This document shows positions 16,964-27,526 of a stretch of 64,000 nucleotides of DNA, piece after piece. The first letter of the stretch is position 1. Each line of letters opens with the position of its first letter. This DNA is from Candidatus Aminicenantes bacterium (GTDB lineage: Bacteria; Acidobacteriota; Aminicenantia; Aminicenantales; UBA4085). The position numbers and the translations under genes were made by a program. The notes under the pieces were generated by a model. That model ran no database searches. It was not told the DNA's origin and saw nothing but the letters and a program-made list of their open reading frames with translations. The stretch covers positions 156,793 to 220,792 of the forward strand of contig CAWANZ010000007.1 of NCBI GenBank assembly GCA_963783665.1. The letters run 5' to 3'.

Positions 16964-19900
16964 GTGAAAAAATTTATATTCAAGCTCATCGTATCGGTCC
17001 TGTCGCTTGTTATATGCGCCGGCGGCCTGGCGGCTCAAACCCAGCTGACCGTGAACAGCGTCCTGCTCAGCAATGAAGGCGGGCTGATCGACCAGTTGAT
17101 CGCTGCAGGGCATGGCGGCAAGAGCCTTTACCAGATCGTCCAGCTTCTCCAGCCGCTTTCCAACGGGGCGATCCCACAGCCCTTCCTGGATATCCTGGCT
17201 TCCCGTCCGGCGGGCAGCCAGATCTTCACTCAACAGTTAAGCCAATATGCCGGGGAAACCCGCACGGTCGGGATCCATGATACCGGGGAAGTGGCGCTCT
17301 GGAATATCTACGCCAATAACTCGGAGTGGAATTCATTCGCTTGGCGGGCCGGCTATCAAACCATCCCGGGCGGCCGAATCAGCACCGCCACCCCCCTGTT
17401 CACCACGACCCTAGGCCAATCCCGCACCTTCCAATACTATTCTCAAACGACTCGTCTATATAAGGCCTGGGCCATCATTTGGACCGTGGTCAATGTTCCC
17501 ACCACGTTCGTGCTCACGAACGAGGGCGGCTTGATCGACAATTTGATCGGCGCCGGCCATGGCGGTAAGAATCTCTACCAAGTCCTGCAACTGCTGCAGC
17601 CTAATTCGGGCGGAGCCATCCCGCAGAGTTTCTTGGATTTATTGGCCGCCTGCCCGGCGGGCAGCGAGGTCTTGACCACGGCCTTGAGTAACTTCGCGGG
17701 GGCGAACAATCCGGTCTGCGTCAACTCTAACGGAACACTCAGCATAAATGCTGTTTTCGCCTCCGATTATTCGGGTCATGCCGGCTTCCGCGATATACCG
17801 GGCGCCCGGTCCGGGAGCGGCAACGTTCAGTATACACTCGCGATCCTACCCGAAAAATACATAGGTGCGGGCAACCCATACTATGCCTTCGGCATCGCCT
17901 GGGCCAGCCCAGCCGTGCCGACGACAGTGGTCCTCAGCAATGAGGGGGGCCTGATCGACGACCTGGTCACCGCCGGCCATGGAAGCAAGTCCCTCTACCA
18001 AGTCCTGCAGCTGCTGCAGCCGATGTCGGGAGGCGCCATCCCCAAAGCCTTTATGGATGCGCTGGCGGCCTGCCCGGCTGGGAGTGACATCCTCACCGAG
18101 CCGTTAACCACATTTGCCGATTTCGAGAATAATCCCATCTGCATCAACAGCGACGGCACGGCCCATGTCGCCTCCATATACGGCAAGGATCACTACGGCC
18201 GGGCCGGCTTCACGACTTTCCAAGGCGAGGCCATCGGCTCGGCCGCGCCGAATTTCGTCATGGCTCGGGGTCCGGCGTCCTACATTGATGCCGGATCAGG
18301 CAGCCTGCCGGGCGGAGGAAGCTATAACGTCTTAACCATCATTTGGGCGATTACCGATTTGCCCTCCACGTTTGTGCTCAGCAACGAGAGTCCCGGCTAC
18401 TTGATCGATAACCTGATCGCCCAGGGCCATGGCGATAAAAGCCTCTATGAGGTTCTGCAGATTCTGCAGCCTCAATCGGGCGGGGCCATACCGCAGTCGT
18501 TCATGGATATCCTGGCCGGCTGTCCGGCGGAGAGCGAGACAAATACCGTTGCACTCTCTAACTTTGCCGGCTTGAACAATCCAGTCAGCGTAAATTCGGA
18601 TGGTTGGCTGGGAATCCTGCCCGTCTTTGGCCACGATTACGTGGGTGAGACGGGATACACGACCGTCGCGGGTCCCCGAATCGGTAACGCCAACCCCCTT
18701 TACACATCCGCTGACTCCAAGGAATATTACATCGATGGCGGCAGTCGATATGATTGGGGCGTACTTGAAGGGTACGGGCGTTATAACGTCTTCGCCATCG
18801 GCTGGGCGACCGCACCGACAATCGGACTGTCTCGGACCGTTCTCAACTTCGGGGCGGAGCGGAATGCGACGGTGACGCCGGTCGGGACCTCGCGGGTGAG
18901 CAACACGGGATCGGGGACGCTGAATTGGACGGCGACTCCGTCGGCCGGATGGCTGACGGTTACGCCGGGCAGCGGGACCAACGCCGGGCTGTTGACCATC
19001 GGGATTGCGGACACGAGCCTCGCCACGGGCGTCTACCAGGGGACGGTTACGGTCTCGGATCCCGCGGCGACGAATAATCCCCAAGTCATTACCGTCAACT
19101 ACCAGGTCTACGATTTCGGGACCAATGGCCTGCCGTTCGGGTCGTTTGACACTCCGATCGATCAGACGACGGTCTCCTCCTCGATTCCGGTGACCGGCTG
19201 GGCCCTGGACAATATCGGCCTGCAGTCTGTCAAAATCTACCGGGGGACGGATGCTTCGGACCGGGCTTATATCGGCGATGCGGTTTTTGTCGAAGGGGCG
19301 CGGAATGATGTGGAAGCGGCCTATCCGGGAAATCCCCTGCATTACAAGGCGGGCTGGGGTTACATGCTGCTGACCAATTTCCTGCCCCTCGGCGACGGAC
19401 CCTATACGCTTCTGGCCTACGCGACGGATTTGGAAGGAAACGAAGTCTTCCTGGGGAAGAAATCAATCACCGTGGCCAACACGACAGCGATCTTGCCCTT
19501 CGGAGCGATTGATACGCCGACCCAGGGCGGGACGGCTTCGGGTAGTTCGTTCTACAACTTCGGTTGGGCCCTGACGCCCCCGCCCAATTCGATCCCGATT
19601 GATGGGTCGACCCTCCTGGTCTGGCTGGACGGTGCGCCGTTGGCGGGGCATCCGAGCTACAATCATTTCCGGGGAGATATCTCGACGTTGTTTCCTGGAT
19701 ATTTTAATTCCGGCGGGGCGGTCGGGGTCTATACCCTCAATTCGACAACGGTTGCGGATGGCGTGCATATCATCGCCTGGAGTGTCCAGGATTCGGGCGG
19801 GAATGTGGATGGGATCGGAAGCCGATACTTTAGGATTCAGAACCTAGCGGGAGGGGCAAATCCGAATGGGGTTTCCGGCCCCGCAATTCGCAAGGCGGAG

Positions 19901-20335
19901 GAAATCGCCGGAATTCCCGAAGATATTCGGGCGATGGTTTATGTCAAGCGGGGGATGGCCGTCGAAACTCCGGCGGAGCTCGTTGTTCCGGAATCGGACG
20001 GCCTCATTCGGATTAAAATTCCCGAGGTCACCCGAGTCGCGATTTATCTGAATGAGAAAGACGCGTTCGAGAATGCGGAAGAGCGGATTGAACGCGGGGC
20101 GCGCATCCTGAGCAAGGCCGCTCCGGTCGATCGGAATTATATTGCCTACGAACAGGTCCTCGGAGAGCTCCGGCCGCTTCCGATCGGTGCTTCCTTCGAC
20201 GCACAAGACGGTGTTCTCTATTGGCAGCCGGGCCCGGGCTTCCTGGGCGAATATCAATTCGTGATGATCGATCGAAGGACGAATACGAAGAATACTATTG
20301 TCATTCAGATCACCCCGGCCCTCCCCCTGCCATAA
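16964..20335 (+). CDS. large secreted repeat protein (4x novel ~145-aa repeat plus shared ~500-aa C-terminal module)
   Basis: The track ORF is 16928..20335. GTG 16964 gives a clean signal peptide, VKKFIFKLIVSVLSLVICAGGLAAQ. Four tandem repeats follow, then a BACON/Ig-like module paralogous to the C-terminus of the 39616..43044 protein. Confidence 0.8.
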   Translation: MKKFIFKLIVSVLSLVICAGGLAAQTQLTVNSVLLSNEGGLIDQLIAAGHGGKSLYQIVQLLQPLSNGAIPQPFLDILASRPAGSQIFTQQLSQYAGETRTVGIHDTGEVALWNIYANNSEWNSFAWRAGYQTIPGGRISTATPLFTTTLGQSRTFQYYSQTTRLYKAWAIIWTVVNVPTTFVLTNEGGLIDNLIGAGHGGKNLYQVLQLLQPNSGGAIPQSFLDLLAACPAGSEVLTTALSNFAGANNPVCVNSNGTLSINAVFASDYSGHAGFRDIPGARSGSGNVQYTLAILPEKYIGAGNPYYAFGIAWASPAVPTTVVLSNEGGLIDDLVTAGHGSKSLYQVLQLLQPMSGGAIPKAFMDALAACPAGSDILTEPLTTFADFENNPICINSDGTAHVASIYGKDHYGRAGFTTFQGEAIGSAAPNFVMARGPASYIDAGSGSLPGGGSYNVLTIIWAITDLPSTFVLSNESPGYLIDNLIAQGHGDKSLYEVLQILQPQSGGAIPQSFMDILAGCPAESETNTVALSNFAGLNNPVSVNSDGWLGILPVFGHDYVGETGYTTVAGPRIGNANPLYTSADSKEYYIDGGSRYDWGVLEGYGRYNVFAIGWATAPTIGLSRTVLNFGAERNATVTPVGTSRVSNTGSGTLNWTATPSAGWLTVTPGSGTNAGLLTIGIADTSLATGVYQGTVTVSDPAATNNPQVITVNYQVYDFGTNGLPFGSFDTPIDQTTVSSSIPVTGWALDNIGLQSVKIYRGTDASDRAYIGDAVFVEGARNDVEAAYPGNPLHYKAGWGYMLLTNFLPLGDGPYTLLAYATDLEGNEVFLGKKSITVANTTAILPFGAIDTPTQGGTASGSSFYNFGWALTPPPNSIPIDGSTLLVWLDGAPLAGHPSYNHFRGDISTLFPGYFNSGGAVGVYTLNSTTVADGVHIIAWSVQDSGGNVDGIGSRYFRIQNLAGGANPNGVSGPAIRKAEEIAGIPEDIRAMVYVKRGMAVETPAELVVPESDGLIRIKIPEVTRVAIYLNEKDAFENAEERIERGARILSKAAPVDRNYIAYEQVLGELRPLPIGASFDAQDGVLYWQPGPGFLGEYQFVMIDRRTNTKNTIVIQITPALPLP
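17060..18817 (+). repeat. four in-frame tandem repeats of about 420-453 bp (about 145 aa each)
   Basis: Units start near 17060, 17501, 17921 and 18365. Each begins (V/F)VL(S/T)NEGGLID.LI.AGHG.K.LYQVLQLLQP.SGGAIPQSF.D.LA.CPAGS and ends ..W(A/T)...P. Stretches such as CTCTACCAAGTCCTGCA(A/G)CTGCTGCAGCC recur at 17574 and 17994. Confidence 0.85.
18818..20335 (+). repeat. paralogous ~500-aa C-terminal module, copy 1 (partner 39616-41108 minus strand)
   Basis: Colinear blocks are shared with the other giant protein. Examples are NWTA..., IPVTGWALD(N/D)I, FVEGAR.DVE.A(Y/F)PG, AGWGYMLLTNFLP, AILPFGAIDTP.QGGTASGS, GNxDGIGSRYF and (V/I)LYWQPGPGF(L/I)G(E/D)Y. The DNA diverges at most third codon positions. 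Confidence 0.8.
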
Positions 20336-20494
20336 AGAATAGATTGAGGGCGGCTTGGAAGCGCTTTCTCGATATTTGCCTGTATCCCGCCGCGTCCCGC
20401 ACATGGACTTCGCTCTGCTCTTCTTTGACTTCCCGCGGCAAGTTGAATTAAGTTACGGTGAATGTCGCGTTGCTCTTTCTCGAGGAGGTCGCTC

Positions 20495-23400
20495 ATGAAA
20501 TCCAAGCTCAGATTTACGCCTCTACTGCTCATATCGCTTCTGATTGTCGTCGCCGCCGGGTGCGGCGGGAAAGAGACGGCCAAGACCCCCAATCTCTCCA
20601 AGCAACCGACGCTCTACGTCGTCGGATATGCCCATCTGGACACGCAATGGCGGTGGGACTACCCGACGACGATCCGCGACTACATCACGAAAACGATGCG
20701 GGTGAATTTCGATTTCATCGAAAAGTACCCGCACTACATCTTCAATTTCAGCGGCGCCCGGCGTTACCTCATGATGAAGGAGTATTATCCCGCGGAGTAC
20801 GAAAAGGTTAAAAGCTATATCGCCGCCGGTCGTTGGTTCCCGTCCGGATCGTCCTTCGACGAGAACGACGTCAATTCCCCCTCGGGAGAATCGATCGTCC
20901 GCCAGCTCCTGTACGGGACGCAATTCTTCCGGCGGGAGTTCGGCAAGACCAGCGCCGAATACATGCTTCCGGACTGTTTCGGATTCCCTGCTTCTCTGCC
21001 CAGCCTCCTGGCCCACTGCGGCATTCAAGGCTTTTCGACCCAAAAGCTTTCTTCGAGCTGGCAGCCGGCGCCCCACGTCGGGGGGCCGGATTCGCCCGAA
21101 AATACGCCCGAAGGCATTCCGTTCAATGTCGGCATTTGGGAAGGCCCGGACGGCAAGTCCGTTATCGCCGCGTCTGAATCCCGGAAGCTACGGCGGCCAG
21201 ATCACTTATGACCTGAGCAAAACGCCGCCCGCTCCCCCAACGCCCGATCCCAATCAACCGCTGACGCCGCAGCAACAGCGGCGGTTCCGCCCGCTCGTCG
21301 ATTGGCCCGCGCGCATCGCCCTGAACGGAAAAGTGACCGGAATTTTCGCCGATTACATGTACTTCGGAACCGGCGACACCGGCGGCGCCGCCCAGGAATC
21401 CTCGGTGAAGCTCCTCGAAGCCATCGTGACCAAGGGGAAAATCGCCGAACCGAAACCGTTTGCCGAGCGCGGGCCGCGCGGATCTTCGCCCGAAGCGCCG
21501 GCGCAAGCTTCTCAAGGGCAACAGCAACCGCTTCGGCGCCGAACGAAATCACCGTGGGCGACGGCCCGGTGAACGGTGATCTCGGCCACTTCGGAGCAGA
21601 TGTTTCTCGACATCAAGCCCGACAAGATCTCCAAGCTCCCCCGCTATAAGGGCGACCTCGAGCTCATCAACCATTCGGCCGGGTCCCTCACGTCCCAGGC
21701 GTACATGAAACGCTGGAACCGGATGAACGAAGTCCTGGCCGACAATGCCGAGCGGGCCTCGGTTGCCGCGGCTTGGCTGGGCGGACCGGCTTATCCGCTC
21801 GAACGGCTCAACAATGCCTGGGCCCTGGTGATGGCCAACCAGATGCACGATATCATTCCCGGGACGAGCATTCCGAAAGCGTATGAATATTCCTGGAATG
21901 ATGAGATCCTGGCCGCCAATCAGTTTGCCGGCGTTTTGACCGGCGCCGCCGGCGCGGTCTCCTCGGTGATGAATACCCAGACCAAAGGCGCGGCCGTTGT
22001 CGTCTATAATCCTCTGAATATCTCCCGCGAGGATGTGGTCGAGGCGGCGGTTGCTTTCCCGGGCGGAGCGCCCAAGGCCGTCCGCGTCATCGGCCCGGAT
22101 GGAGCGGACGTTCCGGCCCAATTGACGGCCGGCCAAAAAGTCGTGTTTACGGCGAAAGTCCCCTCGGTCGGCTTTGCCGTTTATGATGTTCAACCGGCCG
22201 ATGCTCCGGCTGCTTCGACCCTCAACGTGACCGATTCCTCGCTCGAAAACGCGCGTTATTCCGTCAAGCTTGACCGCAACGGCGACATCGCGAGCATCTT
22301 CGATAAAAAGCTGAACAAGGAACTGTTATCCGCTCCGGCCCGGTTGGAGATCAAGACCGACAATCCGAAGAACTGGCCGGCCTGGAACATGGATTATGAC
22401 CAGCAGATCGCCGCCCCGCGCGCGTATGTCGGCGGTCCGGCCAAGGTCCGGATTCTCGAAAACGGCCCGGCGCGCGTCGCCCTGGCGATCGAACGGAAAG
22501 CCGAAGGCTCGACCTTCGTCCAGACGATTCGCCTGTCGGCCGGAGATGCCGGAAACCGCGTGGAATTCGGCCTGGCCATGGATTGGATGACGAAAGAATC
22601 CCATCTCAAGGCCGTCTTCCCCCTGACCGCTTCGAATCGGTTCGCGACCTACAACTGGGACCTCGGCACGATCGAGCGCCCCACGAACTTCGACCGGCAG
22701 TTTGAAGTCGCCTCGCACCAGTGGATCGATCTCACCGACCAAGCCGGATCTTTCGGCGTGACGGTTTTGACGGATTGCAAAAACGCGTCCGATAAACCCA
22801 ACGACAACACCCTGCGGTTGACTCTCGTCCGCACGCCGGGAGTCCAGGGCGGCTATCCCGACCAGGGCACGCAAGATCTGGGCCATCATGAGTTCGCGTA
22901 CGGAATCGCCGGCCACGAAGGCGACTTCCGCAAAAGCCGGACCGACTGGCAGGGTTTCCGTCTCAATCAGCCGCTCGTTGCGTTCGAGAGTCCGAAGCAT
23001 GACGGGGAGCTCGGCAAGACATTTTCGTTGATGAGCCTCAACAACGACCGCGTCCGGGTCCTGGCGCTTAAAAAAGCGGAGCAGAGCGACGAAATCGTCG
23101 TCCGGTTGGTCGAAATGGACGGGAAAGCGGTCCCGGAGGTTTTGGCGGAGTTCGCCGCCCCGGTCATCGCCGCCCGCGAAGTCACGGGAACGGAAACTCC
23201 CCTTGGCGACGCTTCGGTCAGGAACGGGATGCTTGCGACGGACATGCCGGCGTTTGGAATCCGCAGCTTCGCCCTGAAATTCGGCCAGGCGCCGATCCTC
23301 GCCGCGGCGCCCCGATCGCTCTCCGTTCCCTTACCGTATGATGCGGCCGTTGCGACGACGGACGGGACTAAAGCCGCGGGAGGATTCGATGCGTCCGGCC

Positions 23401-24038
23401 GGACACTGGCGGCCGAGAAGCTTCCTTCCGAGATCACGTTCAGTGGAATTCCGTTCGTGCTTGGCCCCCTCGAGGGGCCGAACGCGGTCGTCGGCCGGGG
23501 TCAGACGATCCCGCTCCCGACCGGCAAATTTACCCGGCTTATTCTGCTCGCGGCCGCGGACGGAGACCAGGAAACCATATTCAAGGTCGACGGCAAGCCC
23601 GTCGCCTTGACGATCCAGGACTGGGGCGGCTATATCGGACAATGGGATAACCGCAAGTGGAATGTCCGGCAGGAACCGGTTCCGCAAACGGCAACCCCGC
23701 AGGGCGGTCCGGCCCGAAGCGGACAGACCGCCGGCGCTCCCTCGAAGCCGAGGATGCGGACCGTTCAAGAGTACGCCGGCCTCGTCCCCGGTTTTACCAA
23801 AGGAGCTCCCGTCGCCTGGTTTTCCTCGCATCGCCATCTGCCTGATGGAACAAACGATTTGTATATGTATTCTTACCTGTTCGTTTATTCCATTGACTTG
23901 CCCGCGGACGCGAAAACATTGACAATGCCGAACAACGAAAAGGTCCGCCTGATGGCCGTCACGTTAACGGACGAAATCCAACCGGTGATCCCCGTTCAGC
24001 CTCTTTTTGACACGCTCGGGAGGGCGCCGAAAAAATGA
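20495..24038 (+). CDS. glycoside hydrolase family 38 alpha-mannosidase, lipoprotein; at least three frame changes between about 21165 and 21580
   Basis: GAGGAGG precedes ATG 20495, which opens MKSKLRFTPLLLISLLIVVAAGC (lipobox-like). The GH38 N-terminal domain has VVGYAHLDTQWRW..MLPDCFGF. The central and C-terminal part has ANQMHDIIPGTS... The pieces lie in track ORFs 20462..21211, 21126..21572 and 21576..24038. Confidence 0.8.
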
Positions 24039-24058
24039 GATGACCCGCGGGGTCTTCC

Positions 24059-24694
24059 TTACTCGTAAACGAGGATCTCCACCCGCCGGTTCATGGCCCG
24101 CCCTTCGGCCGTCTTGTTGTCGCCGACGGGGGAGCTGCTGCCGAAGCTGATAACCTGCATCCGATGAAGAGGCACGTGGTGCTGCTTATAGAGGTATTCC
24201 ATCACCGCGGCCGCCCGCTTCTGGCCGACGACAAGGTTGACTTCCGCCGGACCCGTGGAATCGGTATGCCCCTGGATCTCCAGGTAGACGCCCTTGTTCT
24301 CGGCGATGAGCTTCTCGATGAAGACGTCCAACATCCCCTTGATTTCGGGGCTCAGCTCATAGCTGTTGAATGAAAATTTCGCCTCGGTGTTCCGGAGCGT
24401 TTCCTGATAGATCAGCTTGCCCTGGGAGGCCCGGCGAATCTCGTCGATCTTGCCGTCCACCGTCTTGAATTGAGTGTCGTGCTGTGTGATTAACGAGCCG
24501 ATAGTCGCCAGCTGCTCGTCGTGCTGCTTGATCCGCTTCTGGCTTTCCTCGACGGACGTCTCGACGTCCTCGACTTTTTGGTCGATCGCGGCGACCTGCT
24601 CGACGACCATCTTCTTCGTCGCGCAGGCCGGGCCGAGAAATGCGATCGCGAGGATCAGGCCCCCGATCAGAACCGTGTTTCGTCCGTTGTTCAT
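24059..24694 (-). CDS. OmpA family protein
   Basis: N-terminal anchor, a coiled-coil segment, then the C-terminal OmpA-like domain (LEIQGHTDSTGPAEVNLVVGQKRAAAV..RRVEILV). Confidence 0.85.
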   Translation of the reverse strand: MNNGRNTVLIGGLILAIAFLGPACATKKMVVEQVAAIDQKVEDVETSVEESQKRIKQHDEQLATIGSLITQHDTQFKTVDGKIDEIRRASQGKLIYQETLRNTEAKFSFNSYELSPEIKGMLDVFIEKLIAENKGVYLEIQGHTDSTGPAEVNLVVGQKRAAAVMEYLYKQHHVPLHRMQVISFGSSSPVGDNKTAEGRAMNRRVEILVYE

Positions 24695-24706
24695 GTCGAC
24701 CTCCGT

Positions 24707-25648
24707 TTAATACCCTTTTCTCGCCCGGACGCGATATCTCTTGTTGGACGTGACGACCGAGATGTTTCTGTATTCGTCCGGGGGATTCTGATTCGTACTA
24801 TACCCCAAAATGTATTGATGGCCAAGCTCCCGGTGGAGGCTCCCTAGGGCGACCGCCAGCTCTCCCGGCGTCGTCGGAAAGAACGCCCGTCCGCCCGTGG
24901 CCTCGGAGAATCGGGTCAGCGTCTCGATGATCCCGGTTTGGGTCAGGGCCTCGGAGCGCTTGTATTTCTTGAGCATCTGTTCGCTCGCCGGAATCTTGTA
25001 CCCCAGGACGTAGATCGGAACATCCACCCGGCGGGCGATTTCGAGGGCCTGGTCGGCCGAGATGAGGCTGCCGTTTTCGATCCCATCGGTCAGGAGGAGC
25101 AAAGCCCGCTTGTCGTTCCGGCCTTTATCGGCGAATTCCGGGGAAACCGCGATGGCGTCGTTCAAGGCCGTTTGACCGTAGGCCTCGGCCCCGGCCAAGG
25201 CCTCGAAAAAGGGTGTTCGGTCGTGCGTAAAAGGAACGGCGACCTCCACGTTGCCGTCGGCGAAAAGCAGCAGGGAGATCTCGTCCCGGGGGCGAAGGAG
25301 CTCCCCGGCGAAAAGATGGAGAGCCTCGCGCCCCTCCTGGAGCCGGTCCTGAAGGGCCATGCTTCCGCTCACGTCCAGAAGGACCGTCAGGCTGATCGGC
25401 GCTTCGAAGGAATGCTGGAAGTAGGTGATTTCCTTCTTCGCTCCGTTCTCGAAAACGGAAAAATCGGCCTTTTTCAGGTCCGCGACATATCGGCCGGCCC
25501 GGTCCTGGACCGTGACGGCCACATTGACCGCGGTGACCGCGACCTCGTGGGTGAGCTCGCGTTCCTTGACTTGGGAAAAATTCGGAACGGCGAGGATCGC
25601 GATCGCAAATATGATGACCGCTGTTTTCGACCGTCTTCCCTTTTTCAC
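24707..25648 (-). CDS. VWA domain-containing protein (VWFA-related acidobacterial-type N-terminal domain)
   Basis: Signal/anchor, then VAVTVQDRAGRYVADLKKADFSVFENGAKKEI. The VWA MIDAS-like block VLLDVSGSM follows. It ends 12 nt before the OmpA gene, so the two are probably an operon. Confidence 0.8.
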   Translation of the reverse strand: MKKGRRSKTAVIIFAIAILAVPNFSQVKERELTHEVAVTAVNVAVTVQDRAGRYVADLKKADFSVFENGAKKEITYFQHSFEAPISLTVLLDVSGSMALQDRLQEGREALHLFAGELLRPRDEISLLLFADGNVEVAVPFTHDRTPFFEALAGAEAYGQTALNDAIAVSPEFADKGRNDKRALLLLTDGIENGSLISADQALEIARRVDVPIYVLGYKIPASEQMLKKYKRSEALTQTGIIETLTRFSEATGGRAFFPTTPGELAVALGSLHRELGHQYILGYSTNQNPPDEYRNISVVTSNKRYRVRARKGY

Positions 25649-25754
25649 GACTCAATTCTAAGAGGGATGCCCTTTCTCCGCAAGCCGGATGAGGTGATTT
25701 CGAATTTGACGTTTCGGCCGTTGCGGTGTTAAATTGCAATAAAGGAAGGAAACC

Positions 25755-26273
25755 ATGGGCGACGGCGACATTGCGAAAAGCATTCTCGTCAAGGCGAAAA
25801 AGTCCCGGGAAAAATTGAGCGAAGCGATCCGTCTCTTTCAATCCTTCTTGAATTCCGAAGGGAGCTTGGATCTTCCGAAATATTATCTCGCCCGCAACCG
25901 GCTGAAGGACGGCCAAGGGCTTTTGAACGAAGCGCTCGCGGACGCGAAACAATTATTGGGTCCGCCGCCCGAATATGCTTCCGCGAAGATCAACGAAACG
26001 CGGACGAAGCTTCTCCGCGATTCCCACGTCCTCATCGAGAGTCCGTCGATGGATGGCCTGGAGGCGGAGCTTCTGGCCGACGAATACATCCAATCGTTCA
26101 TGAATTCCGAAAAAGTCGCTCACTACGTCCGTGAAGCGGGAACCTACCAGACGGCCGGGAAGCGGAAGCTTCAGAATATGAAAGTCCGGATGCTGATCGA
26201 CGAGCTGGTCGCTTTAAGGAATGAAGCGCAAGCGAGTCAGCAGCAAGCCGGCGAAAGAATACAAACGAAATAA
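25755..26273 (+). CDS. hypothetical protein (predicted helical)
   Basis: 172-aa ORF with AAGGAAGG upstream of the ATG. No motif recognised. Confidence 0.5.
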   Translation: MGDGDIAKSILVKAKKSREKLSEAIRLFQSFLNSEGSLDLPKYYLARNRLKDGQGLLNEALADAKQLLGPPPEYASAKINETRTKLLRDSHVLIESPSMDGLEAELLADEYIQSFMNSEKVAHYVREAGTYQTAGKRKLQNMKVRMLIDELVALRNEAQASQQQAGERIQTK

Positions 26274-26282
26274 GGCGCGAGA

Positions 26283-27512
26283 TCATGATTTTGGACGGGA
26301 GCTCCTCCCGCCCCCCAGCAGCTTCCCGACAACCGGGATCCGTCTGACCAACAGCTCATAAGCCAGAAGCGTGACCGCCAGCGCGCCCGCCGAAACAGCT
26401 AGAAATTTCATTCCGGGAGCGGCGTCCCATTGCACCGCAAAGTAGCCGACGGCGACGACGGCCGGCAGGTGGAGAATATAGAATGGGTAGGACGCCGGGC
26501 CGAGATACCGGATCGCGCCGCCGTTTCGGTTGAGACGGAGATGGGCGAAGCCCAGCACAACCAGGAGGACGGTCCAGGCATATGTTTCGCGGATCAGGTC
26601 GAATGCCAGCGCGCCCAAGGTGAAACCAACTTGCCGCTCTCCCCAGCGGCGCAAAAGCAGAAACAAGAGGGCGGCGATCAGGCAGATCCCAAGAAAGAGA
26701 CGACGCTGACGGTCGGTGCTTTCCTGAATCCTCGGATCGGACATCCAGAGGAATCCGGCGAGGAGAAAAAAGAAGAAGCCGACCATATTGCGGCCGGCAA
26801 GCTCCGGCAGGCCGTCGAGTACGAGGAGAACCGGAATTCCGAGCAGGATCATTCCCGGCCGGGAAAGGACGCCGGCCGCCCCGGCCGCAAGCCGCCGGCC
26901 TCCGGCGCCCTTGAGCCAGGCGAAAAGCGGGAGCGCCGCCGTCGTCAGGACGAAGAGGAACAGGACAAACCACAAATGCCCCGGCGACAGGTCGCCGGTA
27001 AAGCCGCTGATATCGCCGCCTCCGGAGGTAAAGAAATGCGGGTAATAAGCCGGAAACGACTCCCCGGTCCGGAAATGGAAGAGCCGTCCGAGATACCCCA
27101 TGAGCGGAACGAGCGTCAGCATGGAGACGAGGAGGGGGACGAGCAAACGAAGCGCCCGCTCTTTCATGAAGCGGCCCGGCCGGCGATTTTTCAGGGCGAA
27201 CCAGGCGGCCGCTCCGGCCACGAAAAATAAGAGGGGCATGCCCGCCGCGCCGAGGAGATTCGCGGCTTCAGTCAGGAAACGGCTGGAAGCGGAATTCTTG
27301 ACATAGAAATCGGCGCCATCATCGAAAATCATCGCCGTGTGGAAGGGGACGAGAAAGCCGATGACGAAGACGCGAAGCCAATCGATGTCGTACCGGCGCA
27401 GGTCCTGTCGTGTTTCCGCCGCTTTCACGCCGGGAATTATAATCCAAAATCGCGGCGGGTTGCCGGGCAACCTTTTTTCTTCCTCCCGGGTCTTTCCTTC
27501 GGCAGGGATCAT
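26283..27512 (-). CDS. acyltransferase family 3 membrane protein
   Basis: YDIDWLRVFVIGFLVPFHT followed by about 10 TM segments is typical of the acyltransferase_3/OpgC-like family. Confidence 0.7.
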   Translation of the reverse strand: MIPAEGKTREEEKRLPGNPPRFWIIIPGVKAAETRQDLRRYDIDWLRVFVIGFLVPFHTAMIFDDGADFYVKNSASSRFLTEAANLLGAAGMPLLFFVAGAAAWFALKNRRPGRFMKERALRLLVPLLVSMLTLVPLMGYLGRLFHFRTGESFPAYYPHFFTSGGGDISGFTGDLSPGHLWFVLFLFVLTTAALPLFAWLKGAGGRRLAAGAAGVLSRPGMILLGIPVLLVLDGLPELAGRNMVGFFFFLLAGFLWMSDPRIQESTDRQRRLFLGICLIAALLFLLLRRWGERQVGFTLGALAFDLIRETYAWTVLLVVLGFAHLRLNRNGGAIRYLGPASYPFYILHLPAVVAVGYFAVQWDAAPGMKFLAVSAGALAVTLLAYELLVRRIPVVGKLLGGGRSSRPKS

Positions 27513-27526
27513 TCCGAGGAGTCCTC

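Noticed and set aside
17060-18817. Periodic repeats that could be mistaken for a CRISPR-like or satellite array.
   Set aside because: The period is about 420-450 bp. The units are in frame inside one long ORF and are conserved at the protein level rather than the DNA level. There are no short repeat-spacer units anywhere in the window.
21570-21572. An in-frame TGA between track ORFs 21126..21572 and 21576..24038 in GH38, which could indicate selenocysteine or stop-codon recoding.
   Set aside because: The sequence just upstream in that frame (..QQQPLRRRTKSPWATAR) is not GH38-like. Another frame reads ..APNEITVGDGPV... The apparent in-frame stop is therefore a by-product of nearby frame changes. 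I saw no SECIS-like context.
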